This document shows positions 8,302 through 19,384 of a stretch of DNA of 39,304 nt, in pieces. Position 1 is the first letter of the stretch, and the number at the start of each line of letters is the position of its first letter. The notes below the pieces were generated by a model, which did not search any database, was not told the DNA's origin, and saw only the letters and a list, made by a program, of their open reading frames with translations. Where the stretch lies: assembly GCA_028292145.1 (NCBI GenBank), contig JAQGMX010000239.1, forward strand, positions 1 through 39,304, in the 5' to 3' direction. The translations under genes were made by a program, and so were the position numbers. The DNA comes from Variovorax sp. Its GTDB lineage: Bacteria; Pseudomonadota; Gammaproteobacteria; Burkholderiales; Burkholderiaceae_C.

Positions 8302-9753
8302 TCAGCGGGGAGGAATTGCTGCTTCGGCAGCCGGGATAACCAGGGACTCAATCGGCAACACGGACTGAGATACAGCCTGAGACACCGTTTCGGACACAAC
8401 CGCGGTTTTTTCTTCCGTCATGGCGCTCTGCGGTGACTTACCCGCATCGCCGATAGCTGCCGGCTTGCTTGGGTTGTCGGCGTCGGAAACTTTGGCCGCC
8501 ATATCGACGGCCACATCAATGAGGTCCGGATCAACGCGCAATTGAAGTCGATGCAAGGCTGCCGCCTGAGCGGCGTTTGCATCAGCCAAGGAGTAGGCGT
8601 TCTGGGCGACCTCGCGAAGAGCATTCATCAGGTCAAGCCACGTCTTCCGCCCTGCAGCAAACTGTCTTTCGTAGGATTCGAAGACTCGCTGCGCGCCCTG
8701 AACCGCAGCATCAAGCGACTGAGCTCTCAATCTGTTGTCCCGGAGATCATTGGCATCGAAATCCAAGGTTTGACGCGCCTCTATCCGTGCCGCTTGTGCC
8801 ATTTGCTCCAACGCCAGAGCGCGAGATGCGAGCGCACGCTCTTCAACGATGTTTGAGAAGCCCGCTCCAGTTGAATAGCGAAGTCCGATATAAGCCGCAG
8901 TGTCACGTCGATTGTTGACAGCCTGATCAAGTCGCGCATAGATCTGTGGACGCGACTCTGCTGCCTTTACGTTGATACGCTCATTACCTTGACGCATCTC
9001 TTCTACTGCGCGCAGAACAGCGGGCTGCCGATTTGCTACGACATCCCAGTCGGCTTGCTCGATGAATTGGAATCTTCTGTCCAACTGTGCTTTTGAAGGC
9101 AATGGCGGCGGCTCAGACAATGCTGATTTGAGATTTTTCAATCCTGTGAGATTTTGAAGCCTAGTAATCGAAACTTGTACGCTTGTCTGCGCTTGGGTGA
9201 GTTCCACACGCCCCTGCAGAATTCTTGAGCGAACCAAGTCCAGATCGATGTTTGTCGATAGTTCGCCTGCTACACGGCGCATCATCATCGATTCATTCAG
9301 TTCAAGGCTTTTCAGCATTTCTTCCGAAACACGTATCCGCCCATATCCCGCCTGTAATGTGCGCAGAGCGTCTATGACCTGCAACTCTATACTCTGTCTT
9401 TGTGCACCAAGTGCTGCCCCCGCCACGTCGACTGCGCGCTCCGACACCTTGACCGTCGCCGAAGTCAAACCGAAATCCCAAAGCGTTTGCTCCGCCCGCA
9501 GCAAACGTGTTGGCGCTTCGACGCTATTTGTAGTTCCTGATTCGATCGACGCCGAAAACGTTGGCCAATATCGGCGACGCGCCACATCGACGTCTTCGTT
9601 TGCAGCATTCACGCTTTGCCGCGCTGCCTGTATAGTGGGATGTGCTTCCGAGGCTGCGCGCAGCATTTCTGAAAGGCTTAAGGCTCGTGCGTCGTACGAA
9701 AAGCAAAAAGCTACGATCAGCACTGCAAATTGAATAACGTTTTTACTTCCCAT
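8302..9753 (-). CDS. TolC-family outer membrane protein of the T1SS (LapE-like)
   Basis: Signal peptide, HPTIQAA, EQTLWDFG, YERQFAAGRKTWLDLMNALRE. Start uncertain (ATG 9753, ATG 9780 or GTG 9825). Confidence 0.92.
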   Translation of the reverse strand: MGSKNVIQFAVLIVAFCFSYDARALSLSEMLRAASEAHPTIQAARQSVNAANEDVDVARRRYWPTFSASIESGTTNSVEAPTRLLRAEQTLWDFGLTSATVKVSERAVDVAGAALGAQRQSIELQVIDALRTLQAGYGRIRVSEEMLKSLELNESMMMRRVAGELSTNIDLDLVRSRILQGRVELTQAQTSVQVSITRLQNLTGLKNLKSALSEPPPLPSKAQLDRRFQFIEQADWDVVANRQPAVLRAVEEMRQGNERINVKAAESRPQIYARLDQAVNNRRDTAAYIGLRYSTGAGFSNIVEERALASRALALEQMAQAARIEARQTLDFDANDLRDNRLRAQSLDAAVQGAQRVFESYERQFAAGRKTWLDLMNALREVAQNAYSLADANAAQAAALHRLQLRVDPDLIDVAVDMAAKVSDADNPSKPAAIGDAGKSPQSAMTEEKTAVVSETVSQAVSQSVLPIESLVIPAAEAAIPPR

Positions 9754-10345
9754 GCCCTGGTGCAGTTTGCCATTTGGCATGCACAGTGCCAGCGAGCACG
9801 TTGAGTTAGGTGGGACGACTTTCACTGAACTTCCGATTTTTGCGCGGTCGATTGGATAGATTCTTTGCTACCGAGAATCTGTTTCGAGCGAGTCTATGCA
9901 CTTACTTTTTGAAATACTCAAAAAGGAACGAAGCATAGAAAAACGGCTACCAGATGAATGAATGCCGTCTTCAAATTAGTCGATTGGTTTGCAAGACAAA
10001 CGACCGGTTACATGATGCTGGGTGTGGAAGCCATGTTCGCTTGAAATGCATTCACGAAGTGAAGTAACAACTTCCAAGCGCGGCCGCGCACTCCCTGCCG
10101 ACAAGGCTGCAAGCGATCAATTCAAGCGAGTGCCGCGCTGCTCTGGGAAGGGGCGAGACCTCACCTTTCGTCCAATCAGCCCTGTAACCGGGACTTGTGG
10201 CGATCGGTGCACTTCAGGGCAAATGTCACTGTCCAGGCGCCCTCGTCCAAGGTTCTTTGAGGTTAGACACTCTACTAAGGGCTTATCTGGATAAGTCAGC
10301 TCCCGGTCAGCCAATAAGATCGCAGGTTTGCACTCGGGAGCTCAC

Positions 10346-11335
10346 ATGAAAAAACTTTTTACACTTACCGCGCTCGCCGCGGTCACTACTGTCGTCACCT
10401 GCGCTCATGGCCAGGACTTCCCGGGAAAAGACAAGGTCATCACGATCGTGGTGCCATTTGCCGCGGGTGGCCCGACGGACCGTGTGGCACGTGATGTTGC
10501 CGAGGCGATGCGCAAGCCGCTTGGTGGCGTCAGCATTGTTATCGACAATGCAGCAGGTGCGGGAAGCACTATCGGCAATGCAAAAGTGGCACGCGCACGC
10601 AACGACGGCTACACGCTCCTGCTGACGCACGTTGGCATGGCGACGACGCCAGTTCTCTACCGAAAGTTGCCGTACAACTATGAGACAGACTTCGAATACC
10701 TGGGCATGATCAACGACGTGCCGATGACGCTCATCGGCAAACCGCAACTAGAGTCGAGTAACTTCAAGGATCTTCGCGATTGGATTGGCAAAAATGGCAC
10801 CAAGGTCAATCTAGGGAATGCCGGCATCGGCTCGGCGTCGCACTTGTGTGGACTACTTTTTCAGAGCGAAATGAAGGTTGAGATGACAACCGTGCCGTAC
10901 AAGGGTACGGCGCCGGCAATTGCGGATCTCTTGGGTGGGCAGATCGATTTGCTCTGCGATCAGACGACAAATACCACGAGTCAAATCGAGGCCAAGAAGG
11001 TCAAACCTTATGCGGTGACCACGCTCAAGCGGCTGGCGACGCCGGTTCTCAAGGACATCCCGACGCTGGACGAGTCAGGCATGAAGAACTTTCAAGTGAC
11101 AATCTGGCATGGGCTGTATGCGCCAAAGGGAACCCCACCAGCCGTACTGAAAACCATCAACGATGCACTCAAAGTCGCGTTGAAAGATCCGGAGTTCATT
11201 AAAAAGGAAGAGGGTCTCGGTGCAGTGGTGGTGACCGACAAGCGCATCGAGCCCATTGAACACAAAAAGTTCGTTCAGGCAGAAGTGGCGAGATTCGGGC
11301 CCGTCATCAAGGCCGCTGGCGTCTACGCAGATTGA
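10346..11335 (+). CDS. Tripartite tricarboxylate transporter substrate-binding protein (Bug/TctC family, BugE-like)
   Basis: IVVPFAAGGPTD, GAGSTIG, DGYTLL, VPYKGTAPAIADLLGGQID, WHGLYAPKGTP; ATG 10346 preceded by GGGAG; signal peptide. Confidence 0.95.
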   Translation: MKKLFTLTALAAVTTVVTCAHGQDFPGKDKVITIVVPFAAGGPTDRVARDVAEAMRKPLGGVSIVIDNAAGAGSTIGNAKVARARNDGYTLLLTHVGMATTPVLYRKLPYNYETDFEYLGMINDVPMTLIGKPQLESSNFKDLRDWIGKNGTKVNLGNAGIGSASHLCGLLFQSEMKVEMTTVPYKGTAPAIADLLGGQIDLLCDQTTNTTSQIEAKKVKPYAVTTLKRLATPVLKDIPTLDESGMKNFQVTIWHGLYAPKGTPPAVLKTINDALKVALKDPEFIKKEEGLGAVVVTDKRIEPIEHKKFVQAEVARFGPVIKAAGVYAD

Positions 11336-11386
11336 TCCACATCTTGATCCGAATCGGCCAGCTGTAGCTGGCTGATGTGATGACAC

Positions 11387-11418
11387 GGGGACACGGAGTA
11401 ACTTTCTCCGTCGTCCCG
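11387..11418. terminator. Possible bidirectional hairpin between the convergent bug and DUF1840 genes
   Basis: GGGAC-ACGGAG-TAACTTT-CTCCGT-C-GTCCC; no good U-tract. Confidence 0.3.
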
Positions 11419-11419
11419 C

Positions 11420-11746
11420 TCAAACACCCCAAACAACATCCTTACCCTCAGTAAGAGAACGCTTCAACATATCGATCAACGGCGCCGCCCGCTGGTGCAA
11501 TCCGACATGTTCACGCTCGGCAGCTTCGTCATGCCCTTCTGAAGCGAGTGCGTCGTGATTGTTGCGATGTTGCTCGGCTTCCCGATGCACGGCAGCTTCC
11601 AGTGCCGACACTGCAGCTGGAATTTGATCGACTGTAAAAATACCTTTTGGACCTGCCACCTTGCCGACAATGTCAAATAACTGCCGAGCGTTTGCCTCGA
11701 GCATCACGACGTCTGCAGTAGCCTGGGATTTGAATCGATAGAGCAT
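11420..11746 (-). CDS. DUF1840-family protein
   Basis: MLYRFKSQATADVVML...VGLHQRAAPLIDMLKRS...VVWGV matches the family pattern; start at ATG 11746. Confidence 0.88.
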   Translation of the reverse strand: MLYRFKSQATADVVMLEANARQLFDIVGKVAGPKGIFTVDQIPAAVSALEAAVHREAEQHRNNHDALASEGHDEAAEREHVGLHQRAAPLIDMLKRSLTEGKDVVWGV

Positions 11747-12002
11747 TTTGTTGTCTGTTTTTAGCGATGATGGCAATGAAAAGAGGTACTGTATTGAGCG
11801 CTTTAGGATCTCCATCCGTCAACATCTACATTTTCAGATAAACACCACGCAAACGCCGTCAGACCCAGCCGATAACGCTCGTGCGTCTGAGCGAGTAGCT
11901 GCTCTCGCATCACCGGCCCAACACGCGCCCTCGTAGCGACACCTCAACGCGCTCGGGTGGCACACAGCGTTTTGCTCACCGAGTTCGTGCCGGCAACTGC
12001 AC

Positions 12003-12036
12003 AAAGAAAAAGGGCCCTGTTAAAAACAGGGCCCTT
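12003..12036 (-). terminator. Rho-independent terminator after tRNA-fMet
   Basis: Perfect 12-bp stem (AAGGGCCCTGTT / AACAGGGCCCTT) followed by a U-tract on the minus strand. Confidence 0.85.
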
Positions 12037-12040
12037 CAAT

Positions 12041-12117
<77 letters not shown>

Positions 12118-12127
12118 GCAAGATGGA

Positions 12128-12133
12128 ATTATA
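12128..12133 (-). promoter_or_regulatory. Possible -10 box for the tRNA-fMet gene
   Basis: Perfect TATAAT 10 nt upstream of the tRNA 5' end; no convincing -35. Confidence 0.35.
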
Positions 12134-12139
12134 TACTAC

Positions 12140-12541
12140 TTATTCGGCGCTGGCTTGTTCTTCGCCAACTTCTTCTGTAATTTCAGGACGATCAACCAGT
12201 TCGACCAAGGCCATCGGCGCGTTGTCGCCAACACGGAAGCCCATTTTCAAGATTCGCGTGTAGCCACCAGGACGTGCTTGGTAGCGCGGTCCGAGTTCGC
12301 CGAAGAGCTTGACTACGCTGTCGCGGCTGCGAAGACGGTCGAATGCAAGTCGCTTGTTCGCCAACGTCGGCTTCTTTGCAAGCGTGATCATCGGCTCGAT
12401 GACACGACGGAGTTCTTTTGCTTTAGGAACAGTGGTCTTGATGACTTCATGCTCGATGAGCGAGTTCATCATGTTCTGCAGCATCGCAAGACGGTGCGAG
12501 CTGGTGCGATTGAGTTTACGAAGTCCGTGTCCGTGGCGCAT
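12140..12541 (-). CDS. rplQ: 50S ribosomal protein L17
   Basis: [17 protein letters not shown]...[10 protein letters not shown]. Confidence 0.99.
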   Translation of the reverse strand: MRHGHGLRKLNRTSSHRLAMLQNMMNSLIEHEVIKTTVPKAKELRRVIEPMITLAKKPTLANKRLAFDRLRSRDSVVKLFGELGPRYQARPGGYTRILKMGFRVGDNAPMALVELVDRPEITEEVGEEQASAE

Positions 12542-12567
12542 TGTGCTTTCCTCTACTTTTTAAAAAC

Positions 12568-12591
12568 AGGCAGCCGTGTCAGGTACTGCCC
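12568..12591 (-). promoter_or_regulatory. Candidate L17 ribosomal leader upstream of rplQ
   Basis: GGCAG-TACCTGACACGG-CTGCC stem with internal loop. It resembles the GTACCTGATACGG motif I recall upstream of rplQ in Actinobacteria and Proteobacteria (L17-Actino-Proteobacteria leader). Confidence 0.6.
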
Positions 12592-12627
12592 GGTGCACTG
12601 CGACCCGCAGGGGTCGCTACTGAAAAA

Positions 12628-13617
12628 TCAACGCTTGTCGAGACCGGCTGGCGGCCAGCTTTCAAGCTTCATACCCAAGGTCAGGCCGCGCGACGCGAGC
12701 ACTTCCTTGATTTCGTTGAGCGACTTGCGACCCAGGTTAGGGGTTTTGAGAAACTCGTTCTCGGTGCGCTGGATCAGGTCACCGATGTAGTAGATGTTCT
12801 CTGCCTTCAGGCAGTTTGCAGAGCGTACCGTGAGCTCGAGCTCGTCGACCGGGCGCAGCAGGATCGGATCGAATTGCTGTGCACTGCGTGGCGCGGGGGC
12901 ATCGAACGCAGCAAGTTCGCCACCTTCGAGCTGAGCGAACACAGCAAGTTGCTCCACCAGGATCTTAGCCGATGCGCGCACTGCATCTTCTGCAGTGATC
13001 GCACCGTTGGTTTCGATCTCGATCAGGAGCTTGTCCAAATCGGTACGCTGTTCGACACGAGCGCTTTCGACCGTGTAGCTGACGCGCTTGACCGGCGAGA
13101 ACGACGCATCGAGAACGATACGGCCAATCGACTTAGTCGGCTCGTCCGCATAGCGGCGCATCGTCCCAGGAACATAACCGCGGCCCTTTTCGACCTTGAT
13201 CTGCATGTCCAGCTTGCCGCCTTGCGACAGATGCGCGATCACATGATCAGGGTTGATGATCTCGACGTCGTGAGGCGTCTGGATGTCCGAAGCGAGAACA
13301 GGGCCTTCGCCGTCCTTGCGCAGGCTCAACGTAACTTCATCGCGGTTGTGGAGCTTGAAAACCACACCCTTGAGATTCAGCAAAATATTGACGACATCTT
13401 CCTGAACGCCATCGATCGACGAGTATTCATGAAGCACGCCAGCGATCGTGACCTCGGTGGCGGAATAACCGACCATCGAGGACAGCAGCACGCGACGCAG
13501 CGCGTTGCCGAGCGTATGACCGTAGCCGCGCTCGAAGGGTTCGAGCGTGACCTTGGCCTTATTGGCGGCGAGTTGCTCGACCTGAATGGTTTTAGGTTTC
13601 AGCAGGGTGGTTTGCAT
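12628..13617 (-). CDS. rpoA: RNA polymerase alpha subunit
   Basis: [23 protein letters not shown]; [12 protein letters not shown]. Confidence 0.99.
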   Translation of the reverse strand: MQTTLLKPKTIQVEQLAANKAKVTLEPFERGYGHTLGNALRRVLLSSMVGYSATEVTIAGVLHEYSSIDGVQEDVVNILLNLKGVVFKLHNRDEVTLSLRKDGEGPVLASDIQTPHDVEIINPDHVIAHLSQGGKLDMQIKVEKGRGYVPGTMRRYADEPTKSIGRIVLDASFSPVKRVSYTVESARVEQRTDLDKLLIEIETNGAITAEDAVRASAKILVEQLAVFAQLEGGELAAFDAPAPRSAQQFDPILLRPVDELELTVRSANCLKAENIYYIGDLIQRTENEFLKTPNLGRKSLNEIKEVLASRGLTLGMKLESWPPAGLDKR

Positions 13618-13703
13618 GCAGACTTCCTCTCAATACCCCCGGTTCGTTACACCGGTAAGGCTGGTGAAGCGCCCGGCGCACGGACAGCGCGCACCAGGAA
13701 CAG

Positions 13704-13740
13704 AACAACAAAAAAACAATACGCGCCAAAAGGCGCGTAT
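13704..13740 (-). terminator. Terminator-like hairpin between rpsD and rpoA
   Basis: ATACGCGCC-TTTT-GGCGCGTAT followed by TGTTTTTTTGTTGTT on the minus strand. Confidence 0.55.
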
Positions 13741-13746
13741 GGGAAA

Positions 13747-14370
13747 TCAACGCGAATACAGTTCGACGATCAGCGATTCGTTGATGTCTGCTGCGAATTC
13801 GTCGCGATCCGGAACCTTCTTGAAGGTGCCCTCGCCCTTGTCGGCGTTGACGTCGACCCAAGCAGGCAAGCCGACTTGCTGCGCAAGCTGCAGTGCCTCG
13901 ACGATGCGGTTCTGCTTCTTCGACTTTTCGCGCACGGCGATCACATCGCCAGTCTTAACGAGGTACGAAGGGATGTTGACCGATTGGCCATTCACCGTGA
14001 TCGCCTTGTGCGAAACCAGCTGACGTGCTTCAGCGCGCGTCGAACCGAAACCCATGCGGAACACGACATTGTCCAGACGCGATTCCAAAAGAAACAGCAG
14101 GTTCGCGCCGGTGTTGCCACGACGACGATCGGCTTCTTCGAAGTAACGACGGAACTGCTTCTCCAGCACGCCGTACATGCGCTTGACCTTCTGCTTTTCG
14201 CGCAGCTGCAGACCATAGTCGGAAGTACGTTGACCGGAGGTACGGCCATGCTGGCCGGGCTTCGAGTCGAACTTCGCCTTGTCCTGAATCGAACGACGAG
14301 CGCTCTTCAGGAAGAGGTCGGTGCCTTCGCGGCGGGAAAGTTTGGCCTTGGGGCCGAGATAGCGTGCCAC
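13747..14370 (-). CDS. rpsD: 30S ribosomal protein S4
   Basis: [19 protein letters not shown]...[12 protein letters not shown]; GTG start. Confidence 0.99.
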   Translation of the reverse strand: MARYLGPKAKLSRREGTDLFLKSARRSIQDKAKFDSKPGQHGRTSGQRTSDYGLQLREKQKVKRMYGVLEKQFRRYFEEADRRRGNTGANLLFLLESRLDNVVFRMGFGSTRAEARQLVSHKAITVNGQSVNIPSYLVKTGDVIAVREKSKKQNRIVEALQLAQQVGLPAWVDVNADKGEGTFKKVPDRDEFAADINESLIVELYSR

Positions 14371-14534
14371 GTGAGCATCCTTTATGTCATCTGCCGCAAC
14401 ATTTCATTGCGGGAGCCATCGGCGGCGTGCCAATGGCGGGTGGGCTTGTTTGAAAAACAAAAGGCGCAGTTGCGACAAAACAAACTGCGCTGGGCGAACC
14501 CGCGATTATCGCAGGAGCGCCCCGATCCGAAAAA

Positions 14535-14939
14535 TCAGATCCGACGACGCTTTTGAGGGCGGCAACCGTTGTGCGGCACGGGCGTCACGTCGGCAATGGA
14601 ATTGATCCGAATACCAAGTGCGGCCAAAGCGCGCACCGATGACTCGCGACCTGGGCCGGGGCCCTTGATTTCGACGTCGAGGTTCTTGATACCTTGTTCG
14701 ACAGCAGCACGACCAGCAACTTCGGAAGCGACCTGAGCGGCGAAAGGCGTCGACTTGCGCGACCCCTTGAAACCCTGGCCACCCGACGACGCCCACGACA
14801 GTGCATTGCCCTGACGGTCCGTGATCGTGATGATCGTATTGTTGAACGAGGCATGCACATGAGCGATACCGTCCGCGACGTTCTTGCGAACTTTCGTGCG
14901 AACGCGCTGTGCGGCGTTATTGGCAGGAGCTTTAGCCAT
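14535..14939 (-). CDS. rpsK: 30S ribosomal protein S11
   Basis: [15 protein letters not shown]...[10 protein letters not shown]. Confidence 0.99.
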   Translation of the reverse strand: MAKAPANNAAQRVRTKVRKNVADGIAHVHASFNNTIITITDRQGNALSWASSGGQGFKGSRKSTPFAAQVASEVAGRAAVEQGIKNLDVEIKGPGPGRESSVRALAALGIRINSIADVTPVPHNGCRPQKRRRI

Positions 14940-14952
14940 GCTGTTTCAATCC

Positions 14953-15318
14953 TTATTTCTTCAGGGATTGCGCAGCTTTGCGCGGACCCTTGCGGGTACG
15001 AGCATTGGTGCGCGTGCGCTGACCGCGCATCGGGAGACCGCGACGATGGCGGAAACCACGGTAGCAACCGATATCCATCAAGCGCTTGATGTTCATCGTG
15101 GTCTCGCGGCGCAGGTCGCCTTCGATGGTGAAGAGAGCGATCTGGTCGCGGATCTTTTCGAGATCGGCGTCAGTCAGATCCTTGATCTTCTTCGAATATT
15201 CGATACCGCTCGCTTCGCAGATTTGACGGGCGCGGGTGCGACCGATTCCGAAAATGGCCGTCAGACCAATTTCAGCGTGCTTGTGCGGCGGAATGTTAAT
15301 GCCAGCAATACGTGCCAT
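14953..15318 (-). CDS. rpsM: 30S ribosomal protein S13
   Basis: [10 protein letters not shown]...[14 protein letters not shown]. Confidence 0.99.
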   Translation of the reverse strand: MARIAGINIPPHKHAEIGLTAIFGIGRTRARQICEASGIEYSKKIKDLTDADLEKIRDQIALFTIEGDLRRETTMNIKRLMDIGCYRGFRHRRGLPMRGQRTRTNARTRKGPRKAAQSLKK

Positions 15319-15340
15319 GTGCGTCCTCTAATACTCTCAA

Positions 15341-15454
15341 TCAACCCTGGCGCTGTTTATGGCGCGGGTCGGTGCAAATCACACGCACCACACCTTTACG
15401 GCGGATGACCTTGCAATTACGGCAGATGGTTTTGACCGAAGCCGAAACTCTCAT
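15341..15454 (-). CDS. rpmJ: 50S ribosomal protein L36 (zinc-binding type)
   Basis: Hand translation [37 protein letters not shown]; AGGAG RBS; too short for the ORF track. Confidence 0.97.
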   Translation of the reverse strand: MRVSASVKTICRNCKVIRRKGVVRVICTDPRHKQRQG

Positions 15455-15518
15455 TTCATTCTCCTAAAACTGTTTAACGTGGCGTTCAACCGCCCGAACT
15501 CAATACTGCAAACCAGCG

Positions 15519-16829
15519 CTACGACGTCTTGAAGTTAGCCTTCTTCAACAGCGATTCATACTGCTGAGACATCATGTAGTTCTGTACCTGTGCCATGAAG
15601 TCCATCGTGACGACCACGATGATCAACAGGGAGGTGCCGCCAAAATAGAACGGCACGTTGTACTTCAGGATCAGGAACTCGGGCAGCAGACAGACGAAGG
15701 TGATGTAAATCGCACCCGCCAGTGTCAAACGAACCAAGATCTTGTCGATGTAGCGAGCTGTCTGATCACCAGGACGAATCCCGGGAATGAACGCTCCGCT
15801 CTTTTTGAGGTTGTCAGCGGTTTCCTTGCTGTTGAACACGAGTGCCGTGTAAAAGAAGCAGAAGAAAATGATCGCCGCAGCATAGAGCATCACATAGATC
15901 GGCTGACCCGGCGTCAAGGCGCCTGCGATATCCTTGATCCACCGCATGCTTTCGCCAGTGCTGAACCATCCTACGACCGTTGCAGGCAGCAGAATGATCG
16001 ACGATGCGAAGATGGGAGGAATCACGCCCGCCATGTTCAGCTTGAGGGGAAGGTGCGACGACTGACCGCCATACACCTTGTTGCCCACCTGGCGCCTCGC
16101 ATAGTTGACCAATATCTTCCGCTGGCCACGCTCGACGAATACGACGAAGTACGTCACCAGGACAACCACCGCGACAACGAACATTGCCACCAGCACATTC
16201 ATTGCACCGGTACGCACCAGCTCAAGCAATCCACCGATGGCATTGGGCAAACCCGCTGCAATACCGGAGAAGATCAAGATCGAGATCCCGTTGCCCAAAC
16301 CGCGCTCTGTGATCTGTTCGCCGAGCCACATCAGGAACATCGAACCGGCCGTCAGGCTGATCATCGCGGTGATCCGAAAGCCGAAGCCCGGAGCAGTCAC
16401 GAGTCCAGCGGACGATTCAAGTGCCACGGCGATGCTGAACGACTGAAACATCGCCAGTCCCAACGTGCCATAGCGCGTGTACTGCGTGATTTTCCGTCGG
16501 CCTGCCTCGCCTTCCTTCTTCAATTGCTCGAAGGTCGGAATGACATAGGTCATCAACTGCATGATGATCGATGCCGAGATGTACGGCATGATTCCCAACG
16601 CGAACACGGTAAAGCGCGAGAGCGCTCCGCCCGAGAACATGTTGAACAAGCTCAGGATGCCGCCTTGTTGTCCCTGGAAAAGCTGCGCCAGCTGGTCCGG
16701 GTTGATGCCGGGCACAGGAATGTGCGCGCCGATCCGGTACACCACGAGCGCGAGCAGCAAAAAGACGAGCCGACGACGGAGGTCGCCGAACTTGCCTGTT
16801 TTTGCGAGCGTTGCCGCTTTAGTTGCCAC
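15519..16829 (-). CDS. secY: Preprotein translocase subunit SecY
   Basis: [46 protein letters not shown]. Confidence 0.99.
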   Translation of the reverse strand: MATKAATLAKTGKFGDLRRRLVFLLLALVVYRIGAHIPVPGINPDQLAQLFQGQQGGILSLFNMFSGGALSRFTVFALGIMPYISASIIMQLMTYVIPTFEQLKKEGEAGRRKITQYTRYGTLGLAMFQSFSIAVALESSAGLVTAPGFGFRITAMISLTAGSMFLMWLGEQITERGLGNGISILIFSGIAAGLPNAIGGLLELVRTGAMNVLVAMFVVAVVVLVTYFVVFVERGQRKILVNYARRQVGNKVYGGQSSHLPLKLNMAGVIPPIFASSIILLPATVVGWFSTGESMRWIKDIAGALTPGQPIYVMLYAAAIIFFCFFYTALVFNSKETADNLKKSGAFIPGIRPGDQTARYIDKILVRLTLAGAIYITFVCLLPEFLILKYNVPFYFGGTSLLIIVVVTMDFMAQVQNYMMSQQYESLLKKANFKTS

Positions 16830-16853
16830 GGAGGATGTCTTTCAGACGAGTCT

Positions 16854-17285
16854 TTAGGCGACGCTGCCGCCGGCAGCTTCGATCACGGCCTTTGCGCCGG
16901 CAGTCGCACCGATACCGGTGAGCTTCACAGCCTTGGTCAGCTCGCCCGTCTTGATGATCTTCACGACCTTGGCGATTTGTCCAACGAGACCAGCCTGCTT
17001 GAGCGCCAGCAGGTCGACTTCGGCCAAGCCGAGGTTTTCCAGGGCGGTCAGCGTGACCTCCGCGTTGTACTTGAGCGTCTGCGACTTGAAGCCGCGCTTC
17101 GGCAGACGGCGCTGCAGAGGCATTTGACCGCCTTCGAAGCCCACCTTGTGGAAGCCGCCCGAACGCGACTTCTGACCCTTGTGACCGCGACCTGCGGTCT
17201 TGCCGAGGCCGGAGCCGATACCACGACCGACGCGACGCTTTGCGTGCTTGGCGCCTGCGGCCGGCTTGATGCCATTGAGTTCCAT
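16854..17285 (-). CDS. rplO: 50S ribosomal protein L15
   Basis: [41 protein letters not shown]. Confidence 0.99.
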   Translation of the reverse strand: MELNGIKPAAGAKHAKRRVGRGIGSGLGKTAGRGHKGQKSRSGGFHKVGFEGGQMPLQRRLPKRGFKSQTLKYNAEVTLTALENLGLAEVDLLALKQAGLVGQIAKVVKIIKTGELTKAVKLTGIGATAGAKAVIEAAGGSVA

Positions 17286-17296
17286 ATCAGTCTCTC

Positions 17297-17479
17297 TTAC
17301 AGAACTTTGACCAGATAACTGATCTTGTTGATCATGCCGCGCACCGCCGGGGTGTCCTGCAGCTCGCTCACGCTGTTGATCTTGCGAAGACCTAGGCCGC
17401 GGACGGTCGCACGATGCGATTCCTTGGTGCCGATCGGGCTCTTCACCAACTGCACCTTGAGGTTTTGTTGTGTCGTCAT
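17297..17479 (-). CDS. rpmD: 50S ribosomal protein L30
   Basis: LVKSPIG...TVRGLGLRK...[10 protein letters not shown]. Confidence 0.98.
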   Translation of the reverse strand: MTTQQNLKVQLVKSPIGTKESHRATVRGLGLRKINSVSELQDTPAVRGMINKISYLVKVL

Positions 17480-17493
17480 TTGATTGCTTCCGT

Positions 17494-18012
17494 TCAGGCG
17501 AAGATTTCTTCGACCGTCAGGCCGCGCTTCGCAGCGACTTCCGAGGCGGTGGTGGAATTCTTGAGGCCGTCCAGCGTGGCGCGAACCATGTTGTAGGGAT
17601 TCGACGAACCGTGGCTCTTCGCCACGATGTCGGTGATGCCCATCACTTCGAACACGGCGCGCATTGGGCCGCCGGCGATAATGCCGGTACCCTTGGGTGC
17701 CGGAATCATGACCACCGAAGCGGCGCCATGATGGCCGGTCACGCGATGATGCAACGTGCCGTTCTTGATGGAAATCTTGGCCAGGTTGCGACGGGCTTCT
17801 TCCATCGCCTTCTGGACAGCGGCGGGCACTTCTTTCGACTTGCCCTTGCCCATGCCGACGCGACCATCGCCGTCACCGACCACGGTCAGTGCCGCGAAAC
17901 CGAGGATCCGACCACCCTTCACCACCTTGGTGACGCGGTTGATCGCGATCATCTTCTCGCGCAGACCGTCTTCTGGGCCTTCGCTCTGCGTTCTTGCCTG
18001 AATCTTTGCCAT
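17494..18012 (-). CDS. rpsE: 30S ribosomal protein S5
   Basis: [25 protein letters not shown]. Confidence 0.99.
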   Translation of the reverse strand: MAKIQARTQSEGPEDGLREKMIAINRVTKVVKGGRILGFAALTVVGDGDGRVGMGKGKSKEVPAAVQKAMEEARRNLAKISIKNGTLHHRVTGHHGAASVVMIPAPKGTGIIAGGPMRAVFEVMGITDIVAKSHGSSNPYNMVRATLDGLKNSTTASEVAAKRGLTVEEIFA

Positions 18013-18030
18013 TTTGAATCTCGTGTCCGG

Positions 18031-18402
18031 TTAGAACTGCAGGCCGGCTTCGCGTGCCGCCTCGGCCAGCGCCTTGACGCGGCCGTGGTATGCGAAACCT
18101 GCACGGTCGAAAGCGACCTTCTCGACGCCGGCGGCCTTGGCCTTCTCGGCGATGCGCTTGCCCACAGCAGTGGCGGCAGCAGCGTTGCCGCCCTTGCCGG
18201 AACCGCCGAGCGACGTACGCAGCTCGGCTTCTGCCGTCGATGCAGTTGCAATCACCTTGGTGCCGTCGTCGGAGATGACGGTGGCATAGATGTGCAGATT
18301 GGTGCGGTTCACCGTGAGGCGGGCCACGCCCTGCGTCGCGATGCGGATGCGGGTCTGACGCGAGCGGCGCAGACGCTGTGCTTTTTTGGTCAACGTTGTC
18401 AT
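18031..18402 (-). CDS. rplR: 50S ribosomal protein L18
   Basis: [39 protein letters not shown]. Confidence 0.98.
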   Translation of the reverse strand: MTTLTKKAQRLRRSRQTRIRIATQGVARLTVNRTNLHIYATVISDDGTKVIATASTAEAELRTSLGGSGKGGNAAAATAVGKRIAEKAKAAGVEKVAFDRAGFAYHGRVKALAEAAREAGLQF

Positions 18403-18410
18403 GGCTGCCC

Positions 18411-18944
18411 TTACTTCTTCTTGGTCTCTTTGATCACGATCTTTTCGTCCGAATAACGGATGCCCTTGCCCTTGTAAGGCTCAGGCGGACGAACAGCGCG
18501 GATCTCGGCGGCGATCTGACCGACGCGTTGGCGATCGGCACCCTTGATCACGACTTCCGTCGCGGTCGGCGTCGTCACCGTGATGCCCTGTGGCATTTCG
18601 ATGTTGACCGGATGGGAGTAACCCACTTGCAGGTTCAGCTTGGCACCTTGTGCTGCAGCCTTGAAGCCGACGCCGACGAGATTGAGCTTCTTCTCGAAGC
18701 CCTTCGTCACACCGACCACCATGTTGTTGACCAGCTGGCGAATCGTGCCGCTCATCGCATTCGCTTCACGCGAATCGTTGGCGGGCTCGAAGCTCAGCTT
18801 GCCGTCGTTGCTCACGACCTTCACCAGCGCGTTGCGTGCAAGGTTGAGCGAGCCGCCCGTACCCTTGACGCTGATCTGATGATCCTGGACCGACACGTCG
18901 ACACCCGCGGGGATGGCGACCGGCATTTTTCCTACTCGGGACAT
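18411..18944 (-). CDS. rplF: 50S ribosomal protein L6
   Basis: MSRVGKMPV...[13 protein letters not shown]. Confidence 0.99.
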   Translation of the reverse strand: MSRVGKMPVAIPAGVDVSVQDHQISVKGTGGSLNLARNALVKVVSNDGKLSFEPANDSREANAMSGTIRQLVNNMVVGVTKGFEKKLNLVGVGFKAAAQGAKLNLQVGYSHPVNIEMPQGITVTTPTATEVVIKGADRQRVGQIAAEIRAVRPPEPYKGKGIRYSDEKIVIKETKKK

Positions 18945-18968
18945 TTCAGTTTCTCCTCGATGTCTCGT

Positions 18969-19364
18969 TTAGGCGACGTAGCACAGAACTTCGCCACCGA
19001 CACCGGTAGCGCGGGCCTTGCGATCGGTCATCACGCCTTGCGGGGTGGTAACGATGGCAACGCCGAGTCCGTTCTGGACTTGCGGAATGGTCGTGCTCGA
19101 CTTGTAGACGCGCAGGCCAGGACGGCTCACACGCTCGATACGCTCGATGACGGGGCGACCGGCGTAGTACTTCAATGCGATGACGAGTTCGGACTTGCCG
19201 GACTCGGTTTTCACCTGGAAGCCGTCGATATAGCCTTCGTCTTTCAGCACCTGTGCAATCGCGACCTTCACCTTTGAAGACGGGATCGACACAGTGGGCT
19301 TGGCCACCATCTGCGCGTTACGGATACGCGTCAAAAGGTCGGCAATGGGATCACTCATGCTCAT
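18969..19364 (-). CDS. rpsH: 30S ribosomal protein S8
   Basis: [18 protein letters not shown]...SRPGLRVY...GGEVLCYV; start at ATG 19364. Confidence 0.98.
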   Translation of the reverse strand: MSMSDPIADLLTRIRNAQMVAKPTVSIPSSKVKVAIAQVLKDEGYIDGFQVKTESGKSELVIALKYYAGRPVIERIERVSRPGLRVYKSSTTIPQVQNGLGVAIVTTPQGVMTDRKARATGVGGEVLCYVA

Positions 19365-19384
19365 GTTGTTTGCTCCTGCCTGGC

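Noticed and set aside
9826-10345. Small ORFs or an ncRNA in the tolC-bug spacer
   Set aside because: No convincing RBS, family motif or structure; most likely divergent promoter DNA.
12541-14556. 671-aa plus-strand ORF and similar long ORFs opposite ribosomal genes
   Set aside because: Antisense shadows produced by the codon bias of rpoA, rpsD and neighbours.
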